NCBI GenBank assembly: GCA_963771175.1
Contig: CAVYSY010000026.1
Span: forward strand, 64,001 to 128,000
Source: an uncultured delta proteobacterium
GTDB lineage: Bacteria; Myxococcota; Myxococcia; Myxococcales; Myxococcaceae
Reading direction: 5' to 3'
DNA length: 64,000 bases
Of the stretch, positions 62,858 to 64,000 are shown in pieces. Numbering within the stretch: the first letter of the stretch is position 1; every line of letters starts with the position of its first letter. Position numbers and translations under genes: made by a program. Under the pieces are notes generated by a model. The model was not told the origin of the DNA. It made no database searches and saw only the letters and a program-made list of their open reading frames with translations.

Positions 62858-64000
62858 TCACGGAACCGCGGGCCTGTGGATGACCTCGATCATGCCCAGA
62901 CCTTCATCCATGAACCGCAACCGCATGGCATCCGCGACCTCTCGCTCCGCGAAGTACCACTGGATGGGAATGCCATTGGCTGATTCAACCTGCCTCATCG
63001 CTTGCTCCACCATCTTGTCGGCTCCCCTGAACCAGCCATCAGGCTCGCCCCCCTTCTTGAAGAGGTCGAGGTAGCCAGGCCCTTTGGCCTCCAGCAACAC
63101 ACCATTCTTGTACCCATCGAACTTCACGTCTCCAATCTTGTAGACATAACCCTCCGGTGCCCCCGTGATCTGCGCCTGATACTCGAGTGCGCGTGGCTTC
63201 ATGGACTCGGTGGCCTTCACCCACTGTCCAGGCCCTCCGGGTGGTGGCGGTCTGGGCACATGACCACCGCCCCCGCTTCCCATGTTGGCCATGTGGAGGA
63301 TGTAGAGGGAGCCCACAGCTGGCCCCACCGCCGTGACAAGCTGGCCCACCGGCACCGCCACGAGGCGCAGAGACATCGTTCCTTCGGCGGACAGGGAGAG
63401 GAGCGGCATCCCGAGGCGTCCCAATCGACTGCCCGCGGAAGCGATGCGCGCACTGCCCGCCCCCGCGGTGCCCACCGTGATGAGGACATTGGTGAGCAGG
63501 CGCGACACGGCACGAACCTGCGCCCCGTGGGGCATCGCTCGAAAGTGCTCCCAGTAATCGGGAGAGTTCTGGATCAGCGTCCTCACGGCCCCCGGTAACT
63601 GCGTCAACCCCTCCAGGCTCTCGATGGGGTGCAGCACGAGGGTCACCAGGCCCGTCACGGTGTCCACCACCGCCGCTCCCGCCCCTTCCAGCATCGGCCC
63701 GACAGTCCCCTCGTCCGGTGCCCAGACGCCGGACATCACCGCGTCTGGGTGTATCTCCAGATCTGCCTCCACCGGGTACAGGTAGTGCCCGCGCACCGTG
63801 TAGAAGGGGCCCACCTCGAAGCCCTCCGCGCGCAGGGCATCCCCCTCCAGTCGTACCTCTCCCGCGTATTGCACGGCCCGACCGGTGGTGGCCTTCACCA
63901 GATAGCCATCGGGCCGCAGCACCAGCAGGGGAACGAAGCGCCGCATGCGCTCATGCAGCATCTCGCGTGAGACCGGGGCGCCCCCTTGCGCCACCTGCCA
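62858..64000 (-). CDS. Polymorphic toxin with C-terminal Tox-REase-5 nuclease (5' end outside window)
   Basis: PGQW....ESM...A..YQ.QITG, VKFDGY..GVLLEAKGPGY, QA.RQ and IQWYFAE motifs, preceded by a hydrophobic G/A-rich region. Confidence 0.85.
   Translation of the reverse strand, partial: WQVAQGGAPVSREMLHERMRRFVPLLVLRPDGYLVKATTGRAVQYAGEVRLEGDALRAEGFEVGPFYTVRGHYLYPVEADLEIHPDAVMSGVWAPDEGTVGPMLEGAGAAVVDTVTGLVTLVLHPIESLEGLTQLPGAVRTLIQNSPDYWEHFRAMPHGAQVRAVSRLLTNVLITVGTAGAGSARIASAGSRLGRLGMPLLSLSAEGTMSLRLVAVPVGQLVTAVGPAVGSLYILHMANMGSGGGGHVPRPPPPGGPGQWVKATESMKPRALEYQAQITGAPEGYVYKIGDVKFDGYKNGVLLEAKGPGYLDLFKKGGEPDGWFRGADKMVEQAMRQVESANGIPIQWYFAEREVADAMRLRFMDEGLGMIEVIHRPAVP

Noticed and set aside
1..64000. 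tRNA (including tRNA-Sec), rRNA, cobalamin or SAM riboswitch
   Set aside because: None recognised by eye in the intergenic regions; an Infernal/tRNAscan run is needed to exclude them.

Overview
High-GC chromosomal segment from a myxobacterium. The taxon is inferred from the aib-mvaS operon, an Oar/MlpA-like pair, a DUF2381-kinase cassette and the minor-pilin cluster; Archangiaceae/Myxococcaceae is likely. Content from left to right: end of a type IV minor-pilin cluster; DHH phosphoesterase; beta-propeller lipoproteins; tatD-tcdA; a solo Cas4/AddB-like nuclease; mutY; an M16 peptidase; a 'core' MetE-like methionine synthase; sahR-metH with a palindromic operator; a variable island (27.3-34.2 kb) of repeated small-lipoprotein/Cys-rich-protein pairs around a DUF2381 + Ser/Thr kinase cassette and a deleted IS66; a fused EutB-EutC; two DUF4139 genes; a TonB-dependent receptor; the aib operon with its operator; moaC; trxB; and a Tox-REase-5/Imm52 toxin-immunity pair. 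The strongest hidden signal is at 47577-48856. Four short ORFs there read as two adjacent selenoproteins, each with an in-frame TGA at the catalytic position followed by a SECIS-like hairpin: a Cys-free AhpE-type peroxiredoxin (TPVU) and a PrdB/GrdB-like protein (UxxC). Many genes carry clustered single-base indels that look like uncorrected long-read errors, so frameshifts are not treated as biology unless stated. All family assignments come from motif recognition, not database searches.
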